Source: Malacoraja senta (lineage: Eukaryota). Taken from it: a stretch of 64,000 bases of DNA. Shown here one piece after another: positions 24,060 to 37,396 of the stretch. The DNA lies in contig JAXLNO010005841.1 in the NCBI GenBank assembly GCA_038087875.1, positions 3,844,001 to 3,908,000 on the forward strand, written 5' to 3'. The notes below the pieces were generated by a model that worked only from the letters and a program-made list of their open reading frames with translations, was not told the origin of the DNA and ran no database searches. Position 1 is the stretch's first letter. Each line of letters starts with the position of its first letter. The translations under genes and the position numbers were made by a program.

Positions 24060-24770
24060 TTAGACCTGCAGCCCCGTTGAGGCGAGCCAGGCCAACGTGT
24101 CATCGTCCAAGGCAATCAGAACTCGTTCACCATTCGGTGGCCGGTGTTTGGGGCAACTGGTGACTATGTGCTCCACTGTCTGTGTTGCGTCCCCATACTC
24201 CGCAGGAGAAGCTGTCCAAGAGGCCCCATCTCTTCATCGCTACTCCATAGCGTCCGATGCCTGTCCGCAAGCGGTTGAGGGTTGTCCACTGCTTTCGGGG
24301 CAGGTCCTGGTCAGGGACGTCCATGGGGTCATTGATGTACTGGTGTAGCCTAGATGGTTCGGCTGACTTCCACTGGTCTCTCCATCTCGTCTTGACGCAG
24401 GCGGCCTGAGAAGCGTCAACCCGGTGTTGTGCAGAGCAGCTCTTGGGCTTGCTTGGCAAATGGATGCCGTGACTTGTGGCACAGTCATCGTGGTGTCTCT
24501 GTGACGGTCTGATGAAGGAGGTGGGATTCGTTGGTCTGTGCCTTTCGGCAGAGGGCCAGCGTGGCTGCTTCTTGTCTGATGTTGGCTGGGGCAATGCCAG
24601 CGAGGACGGGCAGTTGGTTTACTGGGTTGGCTAGTAGGCATCCGGAGACAGTCCGCAGTGCGCTGTTGAGGGCAGAATCCAGCTTCTTGCCGTGAGGGTT
24701 ACGGCACCAGACCGGGGCGCAGTACTCGGCGGTTGAGAACACCAGGACCACTGTGGACATGCGCAGTGTA
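24060..24770 (-). mobile_element. RTEX-type LINE 3' fragment
   Basis: STAEYCAPVWCR...LDSALNSALRTVSGCL...LPVLAGIAP and WTTLNRLRTGIGR. Confidence 0.8.
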
Positions 24771-26070
24771 GGTCCCTTACAATAAGACACAGGCGCATTT
24801 ATAATGGGAAACGAAGAAATGGCAGAACAGTTAATCGAGTGCTTCAGTTCTGAAGGGAATCCATATTAGTCAGGAAATGGTGTTTGGTAAAATGTTGGGA
24901 CGGACGGCAGATACATCCCCAGGGCTTGATGGTCTGCATCCCAGAATACTTTATGAGGTGGCCCTAGAATTCGTGGAAGCATTGGTTATCATTTACCAAT
25001 GTTTTGTCGACTCTGGATCAGTTCCTGTGGACTGGAGGGTAGCCAATGTAAACACACATTTTAAGAAAGGAGGGAGAGAGAATTATACACCGGTTAGCCT
25101 TACTTCGGAATTAAAGGGGCCTTTTCAGAATGGCAGGCAGCGACTAGCAGGGTGCCACAAGGCTCATTGCTGGGACCCCAGTTATTTACATTATATATTT
25201 ACGATTTGGACGAGGGAATTAAATGTGGCATCTCCAAGTTTGCGGATGACACAAAGCTGGGTGGCATTGTCAGCTGCGAGGAGGATGCTGTGAGGTTGTA
25301 GGGTGACTTGGATAGGTTGGGTGAATGGGCAGCTGCATGGCAGACGTAGTATAATGTGCATAGATGTGAGGTTATCGAGTTTGACGGCAAGAACAGGATG
25401 GCCGAATATTGTCTGAATGGTGTCAGATTAGAAAACAAGGGGAGTGCAACGAGACCTCACTTGCTATTGAGGGAATGCAGCGTGCGTTCGGCCAGGTTAA
25501 TTCCCCGGCACGGCGAGAGTGACATGTGATGAAAGAATGGGTCAACTGGGCTTGTCTTCACTGGAATCATGAGAGGGGATCATATTGAAACATACAAAAT
25601 TCTTACGGGATTGAACAGGCTAGATGCAGGAAATGTGTTCGCCATGTTGGGGGAGTCCGGAACCAGTGGTCACAGTTATAAAGAATAAGGGGTCGGCAAT
25701 TTAGGACTGAGACGAGAATAAAGTTTATCTGCCAAAGAGTTGTGAATCTGTGAAATTCTCTGACATATGAAGCAGTGGAGGCTAATTCATTGGATGTTCA
25801 CAAGAGAGTTAGATTTAACTCTGTGGGCTAACGGAATCAAGGGATATGGGAAGAATGCAGGAACGGGGTACTGATTCTATATGATCAGCCATGAATGGTG
25901 GTCCTGGTTTGATGGCCCGAAAGGCCTACACCTGCAACTGTTTTTTAATGTATCTATGTTTCTATGACAGTAACATGAACCATTCTTCATTGCAACAATT
26001 GTATTGATATTTTCCCGGTTGTACAGAGAGTGAGAGGCGGAGACCTGGCGCGGCCTCCTTGGACACGGGC

Positions 26071-26219
26071 TCAGTCGCAGCGATGGTGCTGCGGATCCAG
26101 TAGAAGTAATGACAGACGCGAGTGTAGACGCCGGGACGGTCAATGACGTCACACCCGTATCCCCACGATACTATTCACTGGAGCACTCCGTTACACACCA
26201 CTGTCCCGCCAGAATCAGC
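26071..26219 (-). pseudogene. Trypsinogen pseudogene A, exon 5
   Basis: tag|[47 protein letters not shown]; premature TGA at 26175-26177; native stop out of frame. Confidence 0.92.
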
Positions 26220-27034
26220 CTACCACAAGGCAGACCGTGAGAGGAAGTTAATTAGTCATAGAGGGATACCGCGTGGAAAAAGGCCCTTCGGCCCAACGTG
26301 CCCACACCGGGCAACATGCCCCATCTACACTAGTCCCACCTGGCCGCGTTTGGCGCATATCCCTCCAAACCGGCCCTGTCAAGGTACCTGTCTAAATGTA
26401 TCTTAAACGGTGGGATGGTCGCTGCCTCAACTACCTCATCCGGCCAGCTCGTTCCATACACCCAGCACCCTCTGTGTGGAAAAGTTACCCCTCAGGTTCC
26501 TATTAAATCCTCCCCCCTGCACCTTGAACTTATGTCCCCTGGTCCTCGATTCCCGTACTCTGGCAAGAGAATCTGTGCGCCTACCCGATCTAAGCTCTCC
26601 CTATAGCTCACACCCTCTGGTCCTGGCAACACTTTGGTGGGCCGAAGGACCTGTTTCCGCGGTCGGGTGAACGAGAGGGGAGAAAGAAAGGGAAGGGGAG
26701 AGAGTTACAGAGACGGGAGAGGGGGCGTAGGGGCAGGAGGGCTGGTGGTTACAGAGACGGGGGAGGGGGTGTAGGTGCGGAGGTGTGGTGGTTACAGAGA
26801 CGTGGGGGGCGGGTGGTTTGTAGGGGCCGGACAGGGGAGGGGGGTACATAGACGTGGAGAAGCGGTGTGGGGGCCGTAGGGGAGGTGGGTGCAGAGACGT
26901 GGGGAGGGGATATATGGGCCGTAGAGGAGGGGGGTACAGAGACGGGTGGATGGGATATACGGGCCGTAGAGCAGGGGGTTACTGAGACGGGGAGCGGAGG
27001 ATTTGACAGCGACGCGGAGAGAGGGGGGCTGTAC

Positions 27035-27168
27035 CTGGCAGGAGTCGCGCCCTCCCTCCTTGTAGTCGACACACATCATGTTGTAAGTGATCATTCCCGG
27101 GTAGGTGCCATGACAGTCCACTTCACTCATAACCGGGGCGTCCAAACACTGAAGGTCGCCGCGGAACG
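27035..27168 (-). pseudogene. Trypsinogen pseudogene A, exon 4
   Basis: [44 protein letters not shown]|gt; AG/GT boundaries; phases 1 and 0; Asp189 retained. Confidence 0.93.
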
Positions 27169-27413
27169 CTTGTGGGGTAAATGTGAGAGAAACCCTCTCC
27201 CCGTTTCCGTAACCCCCTACCCTACGGTCACTACACCTCCTCTCCCCATCTCTGTAACCCCCTCCCCTACGGTCACTACACCTCCTCTCCCCAATCTTTC
27301 CTTCTTTCTCACCTTCCTTTCCCATTCTCTGTTCCTTCCCTTCCCCTCCCCTCCCTCACTCTTCACTTCCTCTCCTCAAATTCTCTATCTCTCTCCTCTT
27401 CTCGCCTCCACCC

Positions 27414-29411
27414 TGTAGATTAACCCCTATTAATCCATACGATTTATAATCTCCACTACACATATATGCATGGCACCATTTACATGGTATCCTCAGTAAA
27501 CCTATCCACACGGCAGCAGCGCGTTTACAACGCATGATGGACGAACTACAGAGGTATGACATCAGACTAACCTACAAACGCGGTAAGGGCATGCACTTAG
27601 CTGACACCCTCGCACGGGCACCTCGCCCAACCTGCGAAACACACCTGTCTGATGGTGAGCACGAGGGGTACACGGTTATGGCACCCTAGTGGCTAGAATC
27701 GCTGGCCACTGTCATCCGCCGCGGCTCGCTAGACAAACAGCACCACCTGGCGCTGGCTATCCGTCCATTCTACCCTGGCAGCGATGAACTGGTCATTCAA
27801 GACGGCATTATAATGAAAGGACATAAGGCAGTCATCCCGACTTCTCTTCACAGCAAGTACTTTGATATTGTCCATTGGGGCCATCCTACCGCTGAAATAA
27901 CACTCAAACATGCAAAGGGTATGCTTTTCTGGCCTGAAATGGCCGACTACTTTCTTGAGAAGGTTGCTACCTGCCCGATTTGCAATAGCCTGACCCCGCA
28001 CTAGCAGAAAAAGCCGCTTCTCCCGCATCCCACACCGAATTTACCCTGGTCCACAGTAGCAGCCGACATTTTTGAGTGGCACGGAAAACAATACCTGGTT
28101 GTAGTCCATTCCTACTCAGGATGGTTTGAAATCGACCTGCACAGTAGCCCGACCTCAGCCGTGGTCATTCATAAACTCACTCGCCACTTTTCTGACCACG
28201 GAGCACCCCTCAAGCTACTTTCAGACAATGGAACTCAATTCTTCAGTCAGCTCTTCACAGATTTCGCGAAACGCTGGGACTTTCACCACACCACCAGCAG
28301 CCTCGAGTACAGGCAGTCCAACGGCCTGGCCGAGCGCGCGGTAAGGAGTGCAAAATAAATAATGGAACGCTCACACAGGGCCGGCTCCGATGTCTACCTC
28401 GAATTACTCCACCCACGGAACATCGTCCGCGACCCTCTCCTGGGATCTTCGGCCGAACGACTCATGTCACGGCGTACCCGCTCCACCCTGTCTATGGCCA
28501 AGCAACTGTTAGAACCACAAGTTCGTGCACCGTCAGTGATCCAATCCCAGCTCCAACGTGGCCGCGACATACAAAGAAAATACTACGATAAACCCAGTTC
28601 TCCGCTTCAACCGCTCAACAAGGGACAGGTTGTCCGTTTACGGTCACTCCGAGTGTACGACCCCCCTCGGAGACATTCAGGGGTCAACCGCAGATCCACG
28701 CTCGTAACTGGTCAGTATTGAGAACGGCATCTATTGACGCACCCGTCAACACCTCCTGTCGGTTAATGAACCGGCACCTCCACGTCCTTACCCGTACCAG
28801 CCTGTCGGTCTTTCCGCACGTTTCGCGAATGCCACTCCAGCGATTCCTCTACCGGTGCCAGCGCCATCCCTGCCTTCCCCGGTGCCCCCATCTCCACCGG
28901 TGTCCTCTCTGGGTTCACCCGATAAGGGACTCGCTGCCTCAGAGAAGGATGAGGCGCACGAGGGGTATTACCGCACACGTGCAGGTCGTGTCTGCAAGAC
29001 AAAGCTGCTGATTGGAAGATTCACCGGCTAGATTTCAACTGTGCACGACCCGTTTCGTTTTATGTGCTCACATATGCACAAGCATGTACAAGTAAAATGA
29101 GAAATGCCCACTCCATATATAGGTGTTTTACAATATGCCCGACTAACCAATATGCTTCGCTTCCTTAAGAGGAAGGAAGTAGATTAACCCGTATTAATCC
29201 AACAATTTATAATCTCCAGTACACATACATGCATGCCACCATTTACATGGTATTTTGGTACTACATAGCTTTACACTAGCAAGGTCAGGCGGCTCTCACA
29301 AGCCACGCCGAGCTGGAAGTGAATGGCTGGCAGTTTAAATGTTCCTGATTGCTGAAGGAATAAAGATTTATCTTTCACTATGTGTGTCGTTGTGGATCAT
29401 TCACAAACACA
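27414..29411 (+). mobile_element. Internally deleted Gypsy-type LTR retrotransposon: truncated 5' LTR, RNase H end, integrase with stops, PPT, full 3' LTR (29178-29411)
   Basis: ARLQRMMDELQRYDIRLTYKRGKGMHLADTL; HWGH..CPIC zinc finger; AADIF, SDNGTQF, SNGLAERAV; PPT aagaggaagga; about 75-bp LTR match; flanks CACCC/CACCT. Confidence 0.9.
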
Positions 29412-29683
29412 CACCTCCCATTCTCTCTTTCCGTCTTTCGTCCCCTATTTTCCTCTCCCCCCTGTCTCTCCCCCACCAGAAACGGGGAGAGGGACAGGTG
29501 TAAGGGCCGGAGAGGAAGTGGTTACAGAGACAAGGAGAGGGCGTGTAGGGGCCGGAGGGGAGGGCGTTCCAGACATGGTGAGAGGGCGTGAAAGTGCAGG
29601 AGGAATTTATAGAGACGAGGTGTAGAGGCCGGAGGGGAAAGGGTTACAGAGACGGGGAGAGGGGTGTAGACCCCTGTACGTAC

Positions 29684-29840
29684 GAGTGGTGACACTGAGC
29701 TGACGACACCACCTAGCGCGGGTTAATCAGGGCGTCGCTGCGCATATGGTGGCTGACGTTGAGGTACACGATCCAGGGAATGGCGTGTTTACGGCATACG
29801 TAACCATCCACAATCTTGTCGTCGTCTCAGGGCACCGCGA
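29684..29840 (-). pseudogene. Trypsinogen pseudogene A, exon 2
   Basis: AVP*DDDKIVDGYVCRKHAIPWIVYLNVSHHMRSDALINPR*VVSSAQCHH; DDDK|IV activation site; two stops; His57 replaced by Gln. Confidence 0.92.
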
Positions 29841-30142
29841 CTGTGGGGGTGGGGGAGAGAAAGAACTCGGTTACTGCCAGTGGGGAAGGAGGGAGAGCGT
29901 GAGGCAGAGAGAAGGGGAAATAATGAAGGAGGGGAGAGAAGCGGTGACAGAAATGGGAGAGAGAGTGAGACAGGGGTAGAGGGAGAGAGAAATGGGTGAG
30001 AGAAGGGGAGAGGGAGGAGGGGGAGAGAGAGAGGGGGAGAGGGAGGAGGGGAGAGGGAGAGAGAATGTGGAGAGCGAAGATGGGTGTGAGAGAAGGCGGG
30101 AGAGAGGGGATGTAGGTTGGGTCCCGGGGGGGGTATACTTAC

Positions 30143-30182
30143 CGCCGAGTTCGCGGAAGGTGAGAAACAGAAGGGTCTTCAT
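30143..30182 (-). pseudogene. Trypsinogen pseudogene A, exon 1 (signal peptide MKTLLFLTFRELG)
   Basis: 40-bp phase-1 exon with gtaagt donor; TATA-like gtatac about 70 bp upstream at the gap edge. Confidence 0.85.
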
Positions 30183-30253
30183 GTTGAATGGGGTCGGGGC
30201 GCGGATGGCTTTGGCGAGCGGCTGCACGTGTGCTATTTCCAGCCCGTGTATAC

Positions 30254-30399
30254 NNNNNNNNNNNNNNNNNNNNNNNNNNNNNNNNNNNNNNNNNNNNNNN
30301 NNNNNNNNNNNNNNNNNNNNNNNNNNNNNNNNNNNNNNNNNNNNNNNNNNNNNNNNNNNNNNNNNNNNNNNNNNNNNNNNNNNNNNNNNNNNNNNNNNT
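30254..30399. other. Assembly gap; other gaps at 34635-34776, 42470-42600, 44288-44425, 63420-63794
   Basis: Runs of N; true sizes unknown. Confidence 0.99.
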
Positions 30400-33300
30400 A
30401 CGGAGGGAGGGAGGTGGGAAAGAGGGAGAGAGGAGCGAGCGGGGAATGGGGAGAAGAGGAATGGAGCGGAGGGAATTAGAGAAGGGAGGTGAGGGGGACG
30501 TGGAGGGAAGCTTGCAGTGGACGAAGGGGTTGGGAGTGGGAGGGAGGTGGAGGGAGGGAGTGGGCAGATGGGAGGGGAAGGGAGGTGGAGGCATGTGGAG
30601 GGCGGCTGGGGAGAGATGAGAGGGGGAGGGAGGTGGAGGGAGGAACGTAGAGGAGGGGCAGGGAAGGTAGGGCGGAGGTTACAGAGACACAGTTTAAGAA
30701 TAAGGGGTAGGCCATTTAGAACTGAGATGAGGAAAAACATTTTCACCCTGAGAGTTGTGAGTGTGGATTTCTCTGCCACAGAGGGCAGTAGAGGCCAATT
30801 CACTGGACGTTTTCAAGAGGGAGTTAGATTTAGCTCTGAGGGCTTACGGAACCAAGGGATATGGGGAGAAGGCAGGAACGATTTCGGATGACCAGCCATG
30901 ATCAAATTGAATAGCGGTGCTGTCTCGAATGGCCGAATGGTCTACTCCTGTACGTATTTTCCGTGTTGCTATATTTCTATGTGGGACATTTCCACCCGGA
31001 GCAAAATTTTCTGACTACCCAATCTCCACCTCGTCATCTCATACACTTCTATCAAGTCGCCCCCAATATTCCAGAGCAAACACTCCAAGTTCATCCATCC
31101 TTCCATTGTAGCTGAAAAGCTGTAACCCAGGAAGCATACTGGTAACCCTCATCCGCTGCTGTCCGAAAGCATTGGTCCAAATGCAATACTCCACATGCGG
31201 TCTAGCCAAAGTTTCAGAGCGCATAGGTTTAACGTGAAGGGGAATATATTTCTGAGGAAATAAAATGAATCTGAGGGGTATCTTTTTCACACAAAGGGTG
31301 GTATGGGTGTGCAACAAGGTAGTTGAGGCAGGGACTTTCACGTTGAAGAAGCAGTTATACAGGTATATGGATAGAACAGGTTTGGAGGGACATGGGCCAA
31401 AGGCGGGCAGGTGGGATTAATGTAGCTGGGACATGATGGCCGGTCTGGGCAAGTTGGGCCGAAGGGCCAATAACTACGCTGAATCACTCTATGCCTCCAT
31501 GACTATCTGTAAAAATGCTTCTTAAATGTCGATATTATACCTCTCAACCCTTTTCTTTGTCAGCTCGTTCCATATATTCAGTTTCTTCAAACCAATATCC
31601 CTATTAAGGCTTCCCTCTTTCGTGTTTTTGAGGGGAAAAAACACATCTGTGCATTCATCCAATCGATGCCTTTTGCACACCTATACGATTTGCCCCAGTC
31701 TCCTGCGCCCCAAGCAATACAAACCTTACTTGCCCAAGCTCTTGAATAGCGTACTCTTGAAAAACATATTGATGTGTATTCGCCCTATCAACAACTCCCC
31801 TCATGGAGTAATTCACCTGTATATGATCTGGAATTCGAAGTACTTGCAAAACAGAGGATGTACTTTCTGCGGCAGCCGAGGAAGCACAATGATGGGGAAG
31901 GCAATGATGGTCCAATTCTATACGGCCATCGTAGAGTCTTTCTTCACCTTTTCCACCTTTTCTGGTCAATAACGTCAACCTATATCGTCACTTTGAGTGA
32001 ACTGTGTACCTGCAATTCTAGCACCCTCTGCACTGCGGTTCCACCAAGTTGGTTCCTCCATTGTACTTCCCCCTCCCTCACGGTGACCCCCCCCCCTTCC
32101 CCCTACGCCGGGTCCTCTCCTTTGTTCCTCCCCCATCACTCCCACGCGGTCCGTCCTCGTCCGTCAGTCGGCGACCCCCATCGATCGGCGCACCGACCTC
32201 TCCACTATTGCCGCCGGATCCCCTACTGACGCCTCCTTGGCGCCGAACCAGGTCCCAGCCGCGGGTTCCGTCGACTCCCGGGGCACGCATTCGGAATACG
32301 TGCGGCATGTACTAATTGGTCTCTGGCAATAAAGAAAGCTAATGGCGTGCTGGCTTTCAAAGCGAGAGGATTTGAGTTTAGGAGCAAGGACGTCCTAGAG
32401 TATTGTGTGCGGGTTTGGTCTCTTAATTTGAAGAAGGACATTCTTGCTATTGAGGGAGTGCAGCGTAGGTTCACCACGTTCATTCCTGGGATGGCGGGAC
32501 TGAAATATGAGGGAAGTATGGGTCGACTGGTCTTGTATTCACTGGAATTTAGAAGGATGAGAGGAGATCTTATAGAAACATATAAGATTCTTAAGGGATT
32601 GGACTGCAGGAAAAATAATCCCCATGTCAGGGGAGTCCAGAACCAGGGGTCACAGTTTAAGATTAAGGGGTAGGCCATTTACTATAGAGAAGATGAAACC
32701 TTTTCACCCAGAAAGCTGTGAATCTGTGGAATTATCTGCCTCAGAAGGCTGTGGAGGAAATTCACTGGACGTTTTCAAGAGAGAGTTGGATTTAGCTCTC
32801 AGGGCTAACGGAATTTAGGGATATGGGGAAAAAGCAGGAACTGGATGATCAGCAATGATATTATTGAATGGCGGTGCTGGCTCGAAGGGGCGAATGACAT
32901 AATCCTTCAGCTATTTTCTATGTTTCTATGAATTTACCTCTGATGTGTCGGCATCGGATGCGTAAGTAGGGAAAACACTGAACTGCTGTGAACGGCAGAT
33001 CGATGGTCAGCGTGGACTCTCTGTGCGGAAGGGTCTGATGCTAAGCTATATTTCAAACATAAACTAAACCAATTTACCCTGTTACTGCAGTTGGAAGCCA
33101 GTTTAATTCCTGTTGGAGACGACTGTGAACATGGTAGACACAAAATGCTGGAGTAACTCAGCGGGGCAGGCAGCATCGCTGGAGAGAAGGAATGGGTGGC
33201 GTTTCGGGTCGAGACCGGGCTTCAGAAAATGATCTTGGGAATGAGAAGATGAAATAATTACGAGTAATGTGATTTGGGGAGTGCAGAACCAGGGGCCACA

Positions 33301-36300
33301 GTTTAAGAATATGGGGTAAGCATTTAGCGCGGAGATGAGGAAAATCCTTTTCACACAGAGAGTTGTGAGTCTGTGGAATTCTCTGCCTCAGAGGGCGGTG
33401 GAGGCCGCTTGTCTGGATACTCTCAAGAGAGAGCTAGATAGGGGTCTTAAAGATAGCGGAGTCAGGGGATATGGGGAGAATGCAGGAACGGGGTACCGAT
33501 TGGGGATGATCAGCCATGATGACATTGAATGGCGGTGCTGGTTTCAAGGGCCGAATGGCCTACTCCTGCAGCTAATGTCTATTGTCTATTGTTTATTGTC
33601 TATTGTCTAAAAGCAGAATATATTTCAGCACCAGTTTAGTTTAGTGGAGTTGAATTCCGTTTAGTTTAGTTGAGTTTAGATGATTGTCACGTATACCGAG
33701 GCGCAGCGAAAAGCTTTTATGGGGTAACTCAAAGGATGTTAAGAGAGCAGCTTAAAAGCGCGTTGAAATATCCGAACATCACCATTATTTAATTAGGCGA
33801 AATGGATCGGAATAGATGAATACTTCCGATGCAGGTTCCAGAATTAATGTAGAACATAGAACAGCACGCAACAGTCTATTCGGCCCATAATATCAATGCC
33901 AAACACAATGCCAAGACATGCTCTTACCTGTCTGCATATAATTCATATCTGCAAATTTCCGGCCTATCCGTGTGCGTATCATAAATGTCGTCGTACCTGC
34001 CTCCGTCGTCACCTCCAGGCATACCTAACCCTCCGTGTAAAACTTCCCCGGCACATAGATTAATACAGTGTAAAAACAGGCTCTTCGGCCCAACTTGCCC
34101 ACACCGGCTAACATGCCCGCGTTTGGTCCATATCCCTCCATACCTGTCCTATCCATATACCCGTCTAACAGTTTCTTAAATGTTGAGATAGTCCCAGCCT
34201 CAACTACTTTCTCTGGCAGCTCGTTCCATACACCCAACACCTTTTATGTGAAAACGTTACCCCTCAGATTCCTATTATATATTTTCCCCTTCACCTTAAA
34301 CCTATCTCCTCTGGTCCTCGATTCACCTACACTATACAAGAGACTCTGTGCGTCTACCCGATCTATTCCATTCATGGTGTGGTACACCTCGATAAGATCA
34401 CCCCGCACCCTCCTGCGTTCCAGGGAATAGAGTCGCAACCTACTCAACCTCTCCCTATAGTTCAGACCCTCATGTCCTGCCAACATCCTCGTAAATCATC
34501 TCTGTACCCTTTCCACGTTGACACAATACTCTAACTGCGGCCTCACCAACGTGATACAAATGCAACCTCTCCTTTAAAATGTCCCTTCAGAATGTCCTTC
34601 CCTCCCTATCGTTTTCCATAGATTCCTCTGACAGNNNNNNNNNNNNNNNNNNNNNNNNNNNNNNNNNNNNNNNNNNNNNNNNNNNNNNNNNNNNNNNNNN
34701 NNNNNNNNNNNNNNNNNNNNNNNNNNNNNNNNNNNNNNNNNNNNNNNNNNNNNNNNNNNNNNNNNNNNNNNNNNNAGTTACTGGCTCAGCGCCAGAGAAC
34801 CGTGTTCGATCCTTACTAGAGGAGATTATTGGTACGGAGTTCGTGCGTTCTATTCGTGGGTTTACTCCTGGATCGGATTGCATCTACACTCCAAAGACGT
34901 TCAGGTTTGGCGGTTAATTCACTTGGTAAAATTGTAAATTGTCCCCACTGTGTGGAGTTTAGTGTTACTGTGCGGGGATCGCTGGTCTGTACAGACTCGA
35001 TGGACTGAAGGGCCTCTTTTCGCGCAGTATCTTTAAACTAAACTAAACTGGACTAAACTAAAGAAGGACGTGAAGCGGATGAAGGAATCAGAAAAAAATA
35101 TCAAGGCCGAATAGCTCTGGACTGTTTTATGAATCTACAACTCAATGATCTGGATAGTCTGGTGGATATACTGTGAAGGAGGGACATATAGTCAAATAAT
35201 CAAACAGTCAAAATTATAGCCAAAGAGAACGGTGACAGCGAGGTCCTGGCGAGGAAAGTTGACAAGCGGAAACATCCCAGTAAAGAGGAGAATTTAGGCC
35301 AGCCATGCTTGTCGACATGCCACCGATTTGCTGCATTTGGCCCATATCCGAGAGAACGGTGCTTAAACGTCTGACCGAATGTCTTTTAAAAGTCATAATT
35401 TTATCTGCTTCCATACCTTCCTCTGACAGCTACTTGCAGTTCTAGACTGAGTTGTAAAACTAAGTTGCCCAACTCTTTCTTATAGCTCTCTGTTCTCAGC
35501 TTATGCCTATGCCCTCTTGTTTCTTAATCCTCTACACTGGGTAAAAAAGACTGGGGGTATTACTTAATCGAACAAACGCGGGGCTTCATACTTCTTCAGA
35601 CCTCGGGCAGCACGGTTCCGCAGCGGTAGAGTTGCTGCCTGATCTACGGGTGCATGTATGTACGGAGTTCGTACCTTCTCCCCGTGACCGTCTGGGCTTT
35701 CTCCAAGATAATCGGTTTCCTCTCGCACTCCGAAGACGTACGGGTATGTAGGTTGATTGGCTTGGAACATTATTAAAACATGTTACTAGTGCGTGTAGGA
35801 TGGTGTTAATTTACGGGGATCGCTGGTAGGCGCGGTCTCGGTGGGTGGAAGGGCCTTTCCGCGCTGTATCTCTAAAACTAAAAACTAAAATTCTGATAGA
35901 AGTATATGAAATGATGTGGTTCGACAGGATAGGCTATCGCTGATCATGGTCAGCCATTATCACATTGAATGGCGGTGCTGGCTCGAAGGGCCGAATGGCC
36001 TACACTTGCACCTATTGTCCATTGTCTATTGTCTAGTAAACCCATCCCCACCCGTTCTCGCCCCGCCGTCCCCGTGACCCCCCCCCTCCGATGGAAATGA
36101 CAAAGTTGCGGAGGCGAAGATGTGGAGGCATAGATTGTCGGTGAGAGGGACAATATTTGATGCAGACGTATGCGGCAAATATTTTTACATGGAGAATGCT
36201 GGGTACCTGGACCGCGTTTTCGGTGGTGATGATGGAGCCAATACGGCAGTGGCGTTTAAGAGTGTTTCGACTGGCACAAGGATATGCAGGGAATTGATCG

Positions 36301-36482
36301 CAATGGATCATGTGCACCCAAATAAGACTATTTTGTCTGGGCATAAGGTTCGGTGCAAATATTCTGGGCGAATGGGGCTGTCCCTGTGTTATAAAATTCT
36401 ATGTTTTTATGGTAATTCTGGCTATTTCAGGACATCCGCTGTGGATATGTTTTGATACTAACCCCTCGTGTTTCTCTTGCAG

Positions 36483-37396
36483 TTAATTTAGTGGCGATTG
36501 TGATCCTGTCCCGAGGAAACTGCGGCCTGTCCAAATGTATCAGCCGGTATCTCCTGTCTATGGCGGTGACGGATCTTTTGGTCATTCTCACTGCAGTGAT
36601 GCTAAACCGGATACCCGCCATTTATTTTCCGGGTAGCTTCCTCGCCATAACTCCCATATGTAGTTTCAGCATTGCGTTGATTTATGCAGCGAGAGACAGT
36701 TCGGTGTGGCTGACAGTCACGTTCACATTTGATCGATTTGTAGCCATCTGTTGCCAGAAGCTCAAAGCAAGATATTGCACCCACAGAACAGCGGGCATTG
36801 TTGTCTCAACCGTCTGTGCGTTGGGCTGTCTGATCAATGTTCCCTGGTACTTCCTGCACGAACCCATCTATATCATTGACAATGTCCCTTGGTATTGCAA
36901 ACGGAGGGATATCCGTTATTCTTTCCTTTTGTGGACAATATTTGATTGGGTTGATCGCGTTTTAACCCCTTGTCTCCCCTTCATTCTTGTCATCGTGTTC
37001 AATGCACTAACCGTCCGGTACATACTGGTGGCCAGTCGAGCACGGAAGAGACTCCGTTCTTGCTCCACCGGTGAGAAACTGAGCGACCCGGAAATTGAAC
37101 ACCGCAGCAAGTCCATTATCCTCCTTTTTGCCATCTCAGGCTGTTTCATCCTGCTGTGGATGCCGTATGTTATCCAATTCTTTGTAGAAAGGTTTCAAGT
37201 TGGTTATAAAATTAATGGCTACAGTGACCCCAGGTTTATATTGATGGAAAGTGCTAATGTGTTTCAATTGTTGAGCTGCTGCACAAACACGTTCATTTAT
37301 GCAGTTACACAAAATAAATTCAGGGAGCAGGTGAAGGCAATAGTGAAATATCCATTCAACCAATTGCATTCGTTAATTAATTTCCGTAAGTTATAA
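36483..37396 (+). CDS. GPR139-like class A GPCR, main (second) coding exon; first exon not located
   Basis: tttctcttgcag acceptor; NLVAIVILSRGNCGLSKCISRYLLSMAVTDLL, FDRFVAICC, CCTNTFIY; open to TAA; AATAAA at 37455-37460. Confidence 0.88.

Noticed and set aside
32927-32961. Phase-1 mini-exon MNLPLMCRHRM with gtaagt donor as GPCR exon 1
   Set aside because: Lacks the hydrophobic first half of TM1 and lies between LINE and SINE remnants
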